From: the human T2T-CHM13v2.0 reference genome, Homo sapiens
Strand: one strand, 5' to 3'
DNA length: 64,000 nt
Assembly: GCF_009914755.1 (NCBI RefSeq)
Contig: NC_060942.1
Below are positions 27,265-42,224 of this stretch, piece after piece. Below the pieces are notes generated by a model. The model saw only the letters and a program-made list of their open reading frames with translations. It was not told the origin of the DNA and ran no database searches. Every line of letters starts with the position of its first letter. Position 1 is the stretch's first letter. The position numbers and the translations under genes are program-made.

Positions 27265-28797
27265 TGATGGCAAGTGTGGCCTCTTTTTCTCATCTTACTC
27301 ATGGCAGTGGCAGCCCGTCTGGAGCAGCTGCTGCGCGAATGCCAGCTGCAGCAGGGGAGGCGCAGCAGGGACTGCACGCTCCGTGGAGCCAGCGGGGGCC
27401 GGGAACAAGCGGGAGAGTCCTACCTGCTACCAAGTTCGTGGGGTGGGAGCCCCACGCTCCCGGGTATAGCTGAAGCTGCTCAGGAGTGGTTCTGGACCCT
27501 GGCATCCCTGAGCTCTCCGGGGCCTGGAAAGCAGCCACCCCCACCCCCCAACCCCTGCAGGTTCACAAATGCCTGCTCCTGCTCCCTGGACTCTCCCTGC
27601 TCCTGGCGCCTGCTCTGATTTTGAAGCAAAGTTGTGGCCGAGCCTGAGTGTTGTCGCAACTTAGCCGGGTGTGTGTGTGTGCTTGGCGCGGCGCTGACGT
27701 GCCAGCTCCCAACAGTGCCTGGGCTTCCTCCAGACTTTGGACATTGACAAGCGTGGGAGGGAGGCTGGCTCCTCGGCATGAACAGCCTGGGTGCCATAGA
27801 CGGTATGATGATGACGGCGGGAGTCAGACAGGTTCCTAGGCAGGAAGGGGTGGGTCCCCAGTAAAACCCCAACTTCAGGCCAGGGAAGGCCTGAAGCCTG
27901 GGGGCCAGGCTACTAGTTCTGGGTGAAGTCCACGGCCTGGAGTAAGAACTTCACTGATGACCATTCAGCCAAGTGGATCGTGCCTTTTCCAGGCCTGACT
28001 GTGGCCACCCATGGACCATTCAGCATGCACTTCCTCGATTCTGAGCACGTAAAAACCCCAGACTAAGCGAAACACAGACTTGTCCGGATGACCTGCCTGT
28101 GGAAAGGAGCTACCTACTCGGGTCTCCTAAGAGCTATTCTGTTGCTCAATGAAGCTCCTCTCCACCTTGCTCATCCTCCAGTTGTCCATGTACCTCATTC
28201 TTCCTGGATGCGGGACAAGAACTTGGGACCCACTGAATGGAGGGACTGAAGGGGCTGTAATGCAAACAGGGCTGAAACATACCCCCCAGTCACCATGTTG
28301 CAGGTGACAAGAAGGAGAGAAGAGCTGTAACCCTTCTGGGAACCCAGACTTTGGGGCTCCCCAAGTCAGGGCTGTGACACACTGTAATACCCTCTTCAGG
28401 GCTCTGCAGTTCCTGGCGTCTCTGAGCTTTCAGGCACCATTGTGTTCCCCTTGTCTAGATGCTGGTTCTTGCAGTGGAAGCCACTTGCAGTACATCTGGT
28501 CCAGCCGCAGCCTCACATGGAGCAGGTGCCTGGAGCTGCCTTCCCCGTGGCAGCCAGCATGCCTGGCTGTGCGCAGTGGCCAGATTCCACGCTTGTTCAC
28601 TCACATATCCCTTGCTGCTCCATGCCTCGCTCGTCCTTGGCAGGCACAGGATCTGGGCCGGTAGCATGAGCCAAGGGCAGCCTGCCAGGCTGAGTGGGTA
28701 GAATAAGCCCAGTGGGCGCAAGCAAAACCCAAGCAGAGGCGCCAGTGGCCACAGAGGTTTCTGGCTGGTGAAACGACACCCTAAGGATCCCGTGACA
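27265..28797 (+). mobile_element. MER52-type (ERV1) long solo LTR in TMX3 intron 8, antisense to the gene
   Basis: GC-rich; starts atggcagtggcagcccgtctggagcagctgctgc and ends gacaccctaaggatcccgtgaca; degenerate polyA signal gctcaatgaagctcc ~28146. Confidence 0.85.
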
Positions 28798-30297
28798 TTA
28801 ATTTCCCCTCCAAAAGTAAATACATACGCATAAAATACTTGGCAAACCAAAATGGGTTTAAGTTGTCCAGAAACTGAGGTTCCTCCAGGAGTTGAAAATC
28901 ATTGTGGGGTACATAAGATAAACATCTACATACATATTGCAGGAAGCATTAAACACCTACTTCGGCAAGTCTGTAATCTTAAAATCTTTAAACATTAAAT
29001 CATGTAAAAGAAATGAAATGTTTCACTTACCTTTGTGAAAAGAAAAATATTTCAATTTTTTTATAATTTATAGATTCAAAAGAAAAAAAAAGAAAAGCTC
29101 CCTTCATTTCTTTCATAATTCCCCTGAATTACTGCCAAATTCCTAAGGTCCCCTACTCATTCAAAGTTTCCTAAAGAGAAGACTATACTTGTGGTCTCCA
29201 CTTTCTTACTTGCCATCAGTGTCTCTCAAACACCAATGAGGTTTTTCTCCCCATTACTCCTCTGAAAACCACCAACAACCTCCATGTGGACACACATTGT
29301 GGTTATTTTTCTCTCATTATTTTCTTGATCACTTTGCAAAATTCTCACACAAACTGTTCACTTCTTTTAAAACACTTCGTCTTGGCTTCCAGCTCATCTC
29401 TTTTTCCTAATTTACTATTTCTTCTCACTTTCCTTTGCTGACCTCAGGTTCTGGGCCTACTCATTTCCTTAAAAAATTGCTTCCCATGTCTGGGAAGGTT
29501 CTTTTACATAGCCTTGACTTAACTCTAGACCCCTATGTCCAACTGCTTATTTGATGCTTATATTTAGATTCCTAATATGACATGCTGAATCAAATTAAAA
29601 TGAATAATTCAAAGCACTTTTCACCCTCCATATTTTCAACTTCTTCCTTCTCCAAAATTCCTCAAGTTCATCAACCACCACCCTCTACCCAATTGTTCAA
29701 ACCAAAACATCTAAGAGTCACCCTCAATTCATCCCTATTCTTCCATATCAGCAAGCTCTGACAATTCTATCTTCTAAACACAACAATCCTTTCACTTCTT
29801 CCCAACCCTCACTAACCATCAAGCCCAAATTTCTTAGATTACCGCAAAAGTTCAGTTGGTATCTGTGGATCTACGCATACCTATCTAACGCACTCTGCGC
29901 TTAGCACAGAGTAATGTCCTTAAACAAGAACATCAATCCATGTTCTTCACCAACTTCAACCTCATCACATGCACTGCCATGACTTACAATGCCTACACTG
30001 CCCTCCACCCACTTCCCATCACACTGTAGGCACTACAGTCACATTGGCCTACTGTTTTGTTCCTGCATCATGTCAGGTGTGTTCGCATTTTGGACATCTG
30101 TTATCTGTTCGTTTCTGGCGTATTGTATCCACAGATCTTTGCACGGCTCCTTCATATCACGTAAAAGTCTCAGTTCAAGTATTTTCTTGAGACAAACATT
30201 TCTTGACCAATCAACCTACAGCACCCATCCCACTCCTATTTGCCCCAACTATTACACAGTTTTTTAATTTTTTAAATTATGATTATTACTATTATCA

Positions 30298-30885
<588 letters not shown>

Positions 30886-30986
30886 TTTAATTTGTTTTTT
30901 CATAGCACTTATGATATCCTGTTTATTGATTTGTTTACTGAGGACTACTATCTCAGTTTGAGGACCCAAAAAAGACTGTATCTGCA

Positions 30987-31018
30987 ACACACACACACAC
31001 ACACACACATACGCACGC
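30987..31018. repeat. (CA)n microsatellite
   Basis: acacacacacacacacacacacatacgcacgc. Confidence 0.9.
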
Positions 31019-31334
31019 AAAATAATCCACCACTTGTAAGCCAATTTAGGAGTTTGAGGTATCACTTGTCATCACTACTTTTATTTTAAAAAACAAGAAG
31101 CACTAATGTAAATCCCTAAATGCTACGAATCTGATGGTATTTATTAATAAAAAGCAATCTAATACCAGTAGTAAAGAATCAGCATGTTTACTTTTTCCAA
31201 ACATATCACAGTAAATAAATCTGATATTAAAATCAATAATTTAATCAAGTAATAAAATCACAATTTAGTTTATTAAATCAAGTAATAATTTAATAAATAA
31301 AATTGTGTCGTTAAAATCAAATTTTAAATATTAC

Positions 31335-31412
31335 CTCAGGAACCACTTCTTCTGAGGCAGAAAAGAAGTATGTATATACAATCAATTCTGAAGCAGCATC
31401 TATGTATTTCTC
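31335..31412 (-). CDS. TMX3: TMX3 exon 8 (EKYIDAASELIVYTYFFSASEEVVPE)
   Basis: 78 nt; tag acceptor, gtaata donor. Confidence 0.97.
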
Positions 31413-32040
31413 CTATGAAGATACAAACAGAAAAAAGATCATTGAAAAATATTAAAGGCCAAAATTCATTCCTCATTAAACAATGAGAGTTACCTTATGT
31501 AGTAAGAGTCATCACCTTAATGTGCTACCTTACATCCTCTTAGGTGAAGAGAAGAAATGTAAGCAAATAAAATTGTTTCCAAGGCAAAGGCCAACGTAAT
31601 TAAGAGCTTTTATCTTTCTGCAAATAAAGTTCATTAAATATAACACAAGTTCAATTTGTATGTATTCATTTAATTATAAATTAGACAAAATGATGGTGAT
31701 GATTATAGGAAGATATGTGTGTATACACACATACAAAGTCTGCAGTCTCAAAGACTCAGAATTTGAAAAAGCAACACAAGACTTAAATAACCAGGTTAAT
31801 AACAGAAAAAAATGCTAAGGCAGGCAACATTTACTCACTTTTTACACACTTCTGTTTCATATAGGAAAACATGACAGAAGGTATAGAAGGAAGTGTTTTT
31901 ATTATAAGAAATGCTTAGAATGAATGAAAATATTTCCAGTAAGTGCAGAGTAATAAGTTCTGCGTTTCTAGTGAAGTCTTGATTATAGAGTAAATTAAAT
32001 TACAATACATCTGTTTTTGTGGATTAAAAAAAAGTCTTAC

Positions 32041-32140
32041 TTTCAAAGGTGATTCTCCACCTACATAAACGAAAAATACACGGTGTCTCTTCTGCATATG
32101 TTCAAACATTTGTTGACTTGGAAGTGGCCGAATTAGAGCC
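32041..32140 (-). CDS. TMX3: TMX3 exon 7 (ALIRPLPSQQMFEHMQKRHRVFFVYVGGESPLK)
   Basis: 100 nt, within ORF 31915..32220; cag acceptor, gtaaga donor. Confidence 0.97.
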
Positions 32141-32843
32141 CTGTTGCACAACAAAACAAAAAACAAACTTGAATTATAAACTAAAGTACATAATTTACTA
32201 TTTATACTATAACTAATCATGTCTCAAGTTATTAAGTTTCAATAATATATCAACTGCATTTTAAGTATATCACAAAATCCACATGAATATAATAAAACTG
32301 TGGTCCATGACTACTATTGCACATACATAAAAGGTTAATATAGTACCCACAATTTAATCTATCAGTTTCAAAATAAGTGTCAAAACATCCATTCAGAGAG
32401 TACCATCATTACTAGTATTTTGATGGGCAAAAAGAGAAGTATTGTCCATTTAGAATCCTCAGCCTAAAACAAGACAATTCCCAAGAGAGTTATTTTTTTC
32501 TCCCTTTCAAAAGATCATTCACAAAAACACTGTGAATACCATCCCAGGAATATACAGTACTTCATTAAGAATATTTGTATCTTACTATGTCAATTTAAAT
32601 GGTATATACTTTTTAAGTACCCTATGGAGGTTAAAATCCAAAGAGTATAAAAAGCATATCATTAATCATTTACAGAAAAAATAAAATAGAAAATGATAGT
32701 CATAGCACTACATAAGAACCTCATGAAGAGAAAACAAAAAATGTTATACAAGCATTTTTCAAAGCAAATAGATTGAGCAATGAATTACGTCATAGGTTAT
32801 TAAGCGTGTCAATTATAAAATATCATTAAAAAACTAAGAAGAG

Positions 32844-33162
<319 letters not shown>

Positions 33163-34525
33163 CTAAGAAGAGGTAGTCATCTTTTACATATGGTGTGTAT
33201 ATTACAATACATAATTTTCACTCTATCACATTTATAAAAAGAACATAGAAAGGCAAATACATTTTCAAAATTCTTTATGATGCATTGCATCATCACTCTA
33301 CCCTAGCCTCAATTTTAATACTTAGTAACTAAATGTAAGTGATGCAACTCCAGAACTGACTCCTGAAATTTCATCTACAATAGTCATCTCCAATTACATC
33401 AGGAGAATCCCTTCTTAAGCCTAAACCAAAACTCATTAAAAATTTCTCAAACATAATGACTAATATAAATCCTGGGAGGATTCAGTACCTCCCGCTAGCA
33501 CTCCCCTCATACAACATAAAGTTATTTCAAAATTTATTTATTCACAAAGGAAATCAAATGAAACACGGTCGACAAGAAAATACAGTGAAAATTACATTAG
33601 TAAGCACCACAAACTTTAATATATAAAGATCACTCCTAATCCTCTGAATTGTCTCAAATAATTTGAGACAGTATTGTGCCACCAACAAACTCATTTTATT
33701 TTAATTTACCTTAAAGCTATTTAAAGCTATCAGTATAATATATCCCATTAAACTCATAAGTGCCTATACTTTAAAGCCAATAAAGATTAACACAGCTTGA
33801 ACATTCTCAAGAACTTTCACATAATCATGTGAAATAATTATAAGCACCGACTTTCTTTATATCCCATCAAAATGTAGATTTAAAAAAATCAACGACAAAT
33901 TCAAACCAACAAAAAGTGCTTACAGAGGAATTTGTTTCCTTATCAGTAAAACCTTAGGGATCGGTAACTTGAACAGATCCTTTGGGTTTTAACTATGTCA
34001 CATTCTAAGTATAAAATGCACGAATACCTCACAGCTGGCAGGAAGCAGTATGTGATAAATAAGGAAAAATATTTTAGCTGTATCTAAAATACATTTTCGA
34101 GTATCAAAGAGTATGGATGAAAGCCCAAGTCTGTTCAGAACAATAATATCCCAAGGCTTTGTTGAAAACTCTGAACCAGGCAGTCCAAAAGCAAAATTAT
34201 CATAAAATAAAAATTAAGATTCACAGAGTTGCTACACGTAATCGAAATCTGGAAAATGTATTAAAAAATCTCTGGGGAAAATTCTTCTATAGACAAAATG
34301 AATTTAAATGTGAGGTTAACAAGTATGTAATACAAACCATGGTCTCTTTCTTTAAAGTATTTCTTTGGATACGCTGTATAATCCTATCTTCTCTCATAAG
34401 TAAATAATCAAATAAATTTTACCTAGGTATGTCCTTAAAATATGTTTGTTCAATACAGTCTATTAAAATATATTTAATTTTCAAATATTAGTAACATACA
34501 GTAAAGGCCTTTCCTAATAACTTAC

Positions 34526-34606
34526 CCAGATACTCTGTGAGCAAACTCAATAATATCATCTTTTGTTCGTGGTCCTCTATAATTATATGCCAAGTCCCCT
34601 TTTAAT
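34526..34606 (-). CDS. TMX3: TMX3 exon 6 (LKGDLAYNYRGPRTKDDIIEFAHRVS)
   Basis: 81 nt; poly-T tract acceptor, gtaagt donor. Confidence 0.97.
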
Positions 34607-35865
34607 CTTTAAAAAAAAAAAAAAATTAAAACCTGGATTGTTCTAACAGTTTTAATATTTAATGTTAATCATTATCTATTGTTTCATAAAATTATATTAC
34701 ATAAAATAGTAAATGCAGAGAAGTTTTAGAAGTAGCTCTCATGTAAAATATGGTAGACATTAGGCTTGCCAGAGGACCAGTAACACAAAAGAAAAGAGGC
34801 TGTATTCTATTAAAATTACATGAAAATATCTTACTCTGCATTTGATAACTGCATTGTATCTACGCCTTCTGAAAAATAATCTACACATTCATGGTCAAGA
34901 GCTTGGAAAATTAAAGTACTATAATTCTCATTACCTTCCCTGTCAAAAGGTAAATGAAAGGACAGGGAAATAAGAGTATTTTAGAAGAGGCAAAACAAAT
35001 GTTAAGCAATACAACATGACAGTTACTTGATGCTCCAACATTACAGAGTAAAACGATGCATTAAAAACAGCTCTTCTAGAAACGTACATAATTCTTCAAA
35101 AGCCAACCAATGAATTAATCTGTGTGCCTAATTAACTAAAATTTTAAAAAGGAAAAATTGGGAAGCACAACAGAATACCTACAATTAAACAGAAGGAAAC
35201 GAAAGGATGATTTACTTAACACAAAAAGTAAGAGGCTAAGCAAACATTTTTAAAAAGTGGGGGAAGGAAAAAGGTCGACACAAAACCCAATATATAAATT
35301 GAAATTACTCAAATTTAAAAATTTGAGATGTTAAAATATTTTTTAAACTTACGTTATTATAAAAATAACTTTCCGAACAATTCCACAGCTCCCCACATTA
35401 CCAAAATAAGATTAATGAAAATCATGAGAAAATTCAATGAAGTCATGATAAAACAAGTCCTTTAGAATTATCACATTTCTTTCAACTTGTACACTTTATT
35501 AGACTTGATCAACACCTACAGATTAGAGTATCATCAACTTTGATTCTGTTTTTATCTCACAATCCACACTTGAACTCCTCAAGGGTAAAAGACCTTTCAT
35601 AATTTATGACTGTATACTTGTCCTGCACAGTGCGTGTCACACAGCAAGCAAAACACGTGAATTAGCCATAAACAACATGATTGCTTAAATACGAAGAAAA
35701 GCATAAAGAAGCAGTCCCTCTCCTTTAATTACATACTTCACCTATGAAGAATGGCCAAACCCCAATCTTCAATCCTCCAGGGAATCTACTAGAAATTAAC
35801 GTAATAAAATGTAAGTAGAGTGAACTAATAAAAATACACATATAAACATACAACACTCAACTTAC

Positions 35866-35911
35866 AGCTTAATTGTTGGATAACCTCGAACTCCAAACTC
35901 TGAAGCAATGC
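35866..35911 (-). CDS. TMX3: TMX3 exon 5 (IASEFGVRGYPTIK, cis-Pro loop)
   Basis: 46 nt, AG/gtaagt boundaries, GYPT thioredoxin motif. Confidence 0.97.
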
Positions 35912-37805
35912 CTTGATAAGAAAAAGAATAAAGCATTCTAAATTTTTTTTAAATATGAGAAACTAGGTAACAAATGAGGCTTTTACTTTAAAAATAGAGA
36001 TATTTATACAACCCATATAGATACGTTGTTTTTAAGTCTTAAGATTATAAAATCACACAAAAGAAAAAAACATGACATTCTCATAGAAAACAATTACTTA
36101 ATAGTCCAATCTGTGACCTGCACAAAATACTATGACAAAATAAGAAATGCACGTCAAAAGAATAGTTAAAAATTTATAAAATACTTATTTTAAAAGATAT
36201 ACTGGTAAAAAAAATAAAAATAAAAATACGTAAGTACTTCTCATTTGACTTCATGTCCAAGACAAATATTTCTTCTAGGTCTCATTTACTCCTCTCAAAA
36301 AAAAAAAAAAAAAAAAAAAAAAGCCCATCTCTTCTTTTAGTGTTTTTTGAGTTTTCAAATAACTGCAGTGTATTCTAATTTTAAAAGCATAACTTGTATT
36401 TGCAAAATTAATTACTATGGTCAACAGAGGATCGAAAAGCAACTTTGTTTTAGGAGTTTCTGCTTTTGTGATAACCTAGAGTAATTTTAATTATCTCAAA
36501 GATTATTCTGAAATCCTCACATGAATTAAAATGAGAATAGTTGCTACAATATCATCTTCTGCAGGGAAAGGAGAAATAGTAACAAAAACAAGCAAATATA
36601 AAGAGGGAAATAAGACCTTAAACAGTAGAGAAATCATATGCCAAATTAATGCAACACTACTTTACAGACAAAACGCCACCAGGACAGGAAAGAAGAAATA
36701 AAATATTCTCAGTTAACACACGTTATACCATAAAGATATTTACAAAACTATACACTAGTATATGAAAAGTCCACTGTATTATTCACATGATCTTTCCCTT
36801 TATAATTGTCTTTGTTTCCAGGGTATTTTGTTATCACACTTGGGTAAGGAAGCTACTACATCTGAATTCCAATTTAACAATCACTTTAGTAATCTTCACT
36901 AATCTTTGGTTTCTCATCAACTCACCAATTCAATTCACAAGAATAAGGGCAGTCGATTTGTGAAAATATCCAAAATTTTTCCTTCATTTGTCAACTCTAG
37001 TTTCTCCCTTAAACATGGAGATAGGTAAATAGAGGGACCTGGACAGTGGCCGACACGTATCTTCCTAAGAGGTAGCATAAACAGCAGAGGTAACAATTAA
37101 GAACTCAAGTTCTGAAGATACAGGTCCTGCTTCTGAACAGACATGCAAACTCAGAGCAAGCACATAATTTATTTGTGCCCGTCTGTAATCTAGGACTTCA
37201 TTCTGTCAAGTATGTTCTAATTGGAGACTGTGGGTATGGAGACTGCTTTCTTCCCAGCAAAAACACAGAAACTACTTTGGGGAGATTATGTGAATAACGA
37301 ATATTTTTAATGACCCCTTTCCAAATTAAGAAGACAGGGAAATAAAATCCCTTATTACCTTCAATTAAAACTCATTTTAAAAAACTGTCAAAACATAAGG
37401 ACTAATATAATTGATTGGGGGACAAAGTTATATTCCACTAGTAATCCCTTTGTATAACTTAAATTATATCAAAATGTATTTATACACAAATCAAATAAAG
37501 AAAATACAGTATGCAATCAATGAGAAAACACACTGGTCATGCTTCATAGCCTGATATTGTGGATCCCATGATAAGCCTCAGAGAGAAAAATCCCAGCTCC
37601 ACACTTAACCCTATTACATCATTTCCTCGACCTCAGTATTCACATCGAGACAATGGAGATCTATCACCCAACCCACATCCCTTGGCTTCTTGACAGTTAA
37701 CATTAACCTTCGCTTCTGACATAATTTTAATTGACAGTAACTTCTATAAAACTTCAGTCTTAGATTCCTCTAAAAGGGAATGACAGTATAACATTTAAAA
37801 AAAGC

Positions 37806-38103
<298 letters not shown>

Positions 38104-38464
38104 TTATAAACACATAATGACCCCAGTTAGGACTCTAACTTCATTTATCGCCTATGTAACTCTGGATGTTTTTGTTTACTTCTCTGATTCCCCTTCTGAG
38201 AATACTACTCATCTCGTAGGGCTACAGGTTGGGATTTTAAAACGAAAAAATAGATGGAACACAATCTGAGTCTAGCACATAGAAGATTCTTAAATGCTAG
38301 ATCCTTTTCCTTTCTACTCTTGATCCTGACTTCATTAATTAGCTGCTGACACATCAATGCACACATAGTATTAATAAAATTAATGTGCAGAATATTTTAT
38401 AACTGGCGTTAATATTTTAAAATTGCACCTCAAAACAAATTTGTGAGGAGGAAAAACTAGTGGC

Positions 38465-38680
38465 AATTCAGATTAAGAAACTAAAATAGGAAGATTCGGT
38501 AACTCGTTTGAGAGCAAACAATTTTGTAAGGAAGAAAAAAAGGTAATTCAGATAAAGAAACTAAATCAGGAAGATTCGGTAACTCTTTTGAGAGCAAACA
38601 ATTTTGTAAGGAAGAAAAAAAGGTAATTCAGATTAAGAAACTAAAACAGGAAGATTCGGTAACTTGTTTGAGAGCAAACA
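38465..38680. repeat. 80-bp tandem repeat x2.7 inside a MIR
   Basis: Units start at 38465, 38545 and 38625: aattcagattaagaaactaaa..aggaagattcggtaact..tttgagagcaaaca. Confidence 0.93.
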
Positions 38681-39187
38681 TTGATTAGGTAGCGGGGCTG
38701 AGATTGAAACTCAGTCTAATTGACTTTAAATTTTTTTATTCTTTACTTTTTCATATTAGAGAGAAATAGTTTATATAGAAATCTGAGCTCAATTCCTTCA
38801 TAAATTGAAGAGTCCATTTGCAACAAGAGTTATAGCTTTGAAGTTTTACGATTTTAAATGTTTATAAAACAAGATTCAACATGAAGTCTTCTACTTCATT
38901 TCTATTTTCTTCTTGAAATGGTAACAGTTTGATGCTAGAGGTAAGTAGGAATGTGAATCATGGTGATCTTGGATACTAGGCCTAATTCTGTTTCTAACTT
39001 TGATGTGCAAAATTACTCAGTCATTTCACTTCTAGTTACCTTGTTATTTCATCTATAAAATGGGAAAGGGCGAAAGGAGTCAGGAGTTACTCAACCTCTA
39101 AAGTCCTTTTTAGCTCAAAGATACTACCTGTTTTAGTATTTACTGAATGTCACTATGTGTCTAACATGAAAAAGGTATAACATATGG

Positions 39188-39528
39188 CAGTGGTTTACCA
39201 TCAACTGAAGACACTTTGTTTTCTAAAAACAGTGAGTAAGGGGGTAGGAGGAGATTGGGAGAGAACACAACTGGTATCTAGTGGGCAGAGGTGAGGGAAG
39301 CTCCTAAACATCCCACAATGCACAGGATTCCTCCTCCCATCCAACTCCCAACAATAACCCCACAGAATTATCTGGTCCAAAATGTCAATAGTGCAAGGCT
39401 GATAAACCCTGAAACACAGTCACTGACTTCCTCTGCACCAAAAACAAACAAACAAAAAAACCCACAGAACTATCCAGCCCAAAAATGTCAATAATGCAAG
39501 GCTGAGAAGCCCTGAAACAGTCACTGAC
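39188..39528 (+). mobile_element. MER20-like hAT MITE with its 3' end and flank tandemly duplicated
   Basis: actggtatctagtgggcagagg...aaacatcccacaatgcacagga...ccaaaatgtcaatagtgc; the end is repeated at 39461-39528. Confidence 0.75.
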
Positions 39529-40159
39529 CAAAAAGAGTTTATAATCTAGAAAGGCAAAATTAATTTTTAACTACAATCTACGAACAAGATGTCAGAATGT
39601 TATTGGCCAAATGTCATTCCAAATTTACACATGAAAGAGAGCTAAAATGTGATCTTTATCATAAAATGATGTCACACTTAGGTTGGAGAGTAACAGAATT
39701 TCAGTGGTTCCATAATAAAGATCAGCATGCCACTACAGGTAATATTATGTCATATTTTAACTTCCAAATGAGAAATATTTTAGCACTCATTTTGAAGAGG
39801 TATGTACAAAAAGAGAAGCTAAAACACCTATCTGAATTTACACTGGACATAATTTTTATATTATTTGGTTATGGTATTAGTTAAATCCATGCATCAAGAC
39901 ATTTTGGTACAATTCCAAACACAGACTAGACTAAGTCATAATAGTTCAAATTTCTCTAGTTCAAAAATTCTGTACACACAGATTTGCTGGACTGAGTCTG
40001 ATGGCATTTGCTTCCAACCACTGCAATGATTTAATACATGATTGAGAAATGAGTTATTATCAAAGACTCCTAGAAATGTATATAAACTTGATCACTTTGA
40101 ATAGTCTTATCTCACCCCGGACTAAAACCCTGTAACTCTCTACCAAAATAACATTCTAC

Positions 40160-40735
<576 letters not shown>

Positions 40736-42029
40736 CGCAACTGTCTGAAAAGCAACCTACTGGCCGCAAGAGGTATCTATGAAACAGCCAATCCTTTAGT
40801 GTTCTACAGGTAGACTTAGAATAACAATGGCAGATGACTTGAAAGTAATTCCATTTTTTACCTGTTTGATTCCAAGTTCTACTAAAATGTCTGTATTTCA
40901 ACTGCCTTAAAAATTTAGGCAAACTCTGAAATTCACAAGGCAAAAATCTGTTTGTAATATGTGAACGGTGGTTTTGAATACTTAACTTCTTTAACACTAG
41001 GAAGAAAGGTTGCTTCACTACACATAACACATTCCCTTGGTGCTAATATTTAAGTGGATAATGCTTCCATCACTGACATTTAACTCTAATAATGGTCTAG
41101 AAAATAACATTAGACAATTGACTTATGTTCACAAGTTACTGTTTGTCTCTTCCCACAAGAATATAAGTTCCATAAGACTAGAAAGTTTAATCTGTTTTGC
41201 TCAATGATGTATCACCAGTACCCTGGTATGTGCCAGGCATATCCTAACATGGTAAGCACATTAAGTGTCTGCTAAATGAATGAATGCTAACTCCACAACT
41301 TTTCTACAAAGGGACTTTTTTTTTTTTTTCAATTAACTATGTTTGGATAATTCAAGTAGGCTTTCCAAGCAAGCCACACTATCCAAGGTCGGGGGCAAGT
41401 AGTTGAGAGAGGGGGATGGTGGAGGTTTATCCATATCCAATGAGTAAAAAGTCGCAACCTGTATATGAGGTCTTACTACTGCTTTTTAAAAATAGCATTT
41501 AAAACACTTTCTTCTCTAAGTGTCTCAGGAAAACAATCTTGGCTATGTTTTTCCCTAATCATAGTGCCACTTAATAAACAGTAGTACACAGGGGCACTTA
41601 ATACTGAATAAACTAATGAATTAGATACAATATAGAATGTGACAATGAAAATTGTTAATTATCAATGAAGTATTACATGAACACTTTACCACTAAGACTT
41701 TTACTGGTTTATATGCACTATTTTTCTCATTGACTGTTTATCTTCATAGTCCCACATTCCTTTATACATGACTCGATGACTCCACTGACCTATTCAAGTG
41801 ATCACAGCAATTTGCCATTTTTGAGACTTACTGCTCTTGTTGGTTTATTCATCTTTCTCCCTTTATTATGTTGTAAGCATTTCCAGGACAAGCAAGATTT
41901 GTCTGGATCTTTCTTTAATCTCTAGAGATTAGCACAGTGTTTGACAAATAGTACTTGGTAAATATTGATTGAGTGAATACATGAATAAGCGCATCTATGA
42001 ATAAATATGTGTATGCACATCTAATCAAC

Positions 42030-42224
42030 ATATATATGTGTGTATATGTGTATATATGTGTATATATATGTGTATATATGTGTATATGTGTACATATATG
42101 TGTATGTGTATATATGTGTATATATATGTGTATATGTGTATATATGTGTATATGTGTATATATGTGTATATATATGTGTATATATATGTGTATATGTGTA
42201 TATATATGTGTGTATATATATATA
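42030..42224. repeat. Compound (TA)/(TG) alternating purine-pyrimidine microsatellite, ~195 bp
   Basis: tatatgtgtatatatgtgta... units. Confidence 0.97.

Noticed and set aside
27243-28850. Cluster of 60-131 aa ORFs on both strands
   Set aside because: All lie in the GC-rich MER52 LTR; no recognisable domain; stop-poor composition.
33650-33670. Perfect 10-bp inverted repeat tgtctcaaat-a-atttgagaca
   Set aside because: One such palindrome is plausible by chance in 64 kb of AT-rich DNA; no supporting context.
38465-38680. CRISPR-like periodic repeat
   Set aside because: Contiguous 80-bp units with no unique spacers, no cas genes, and primate DNA.
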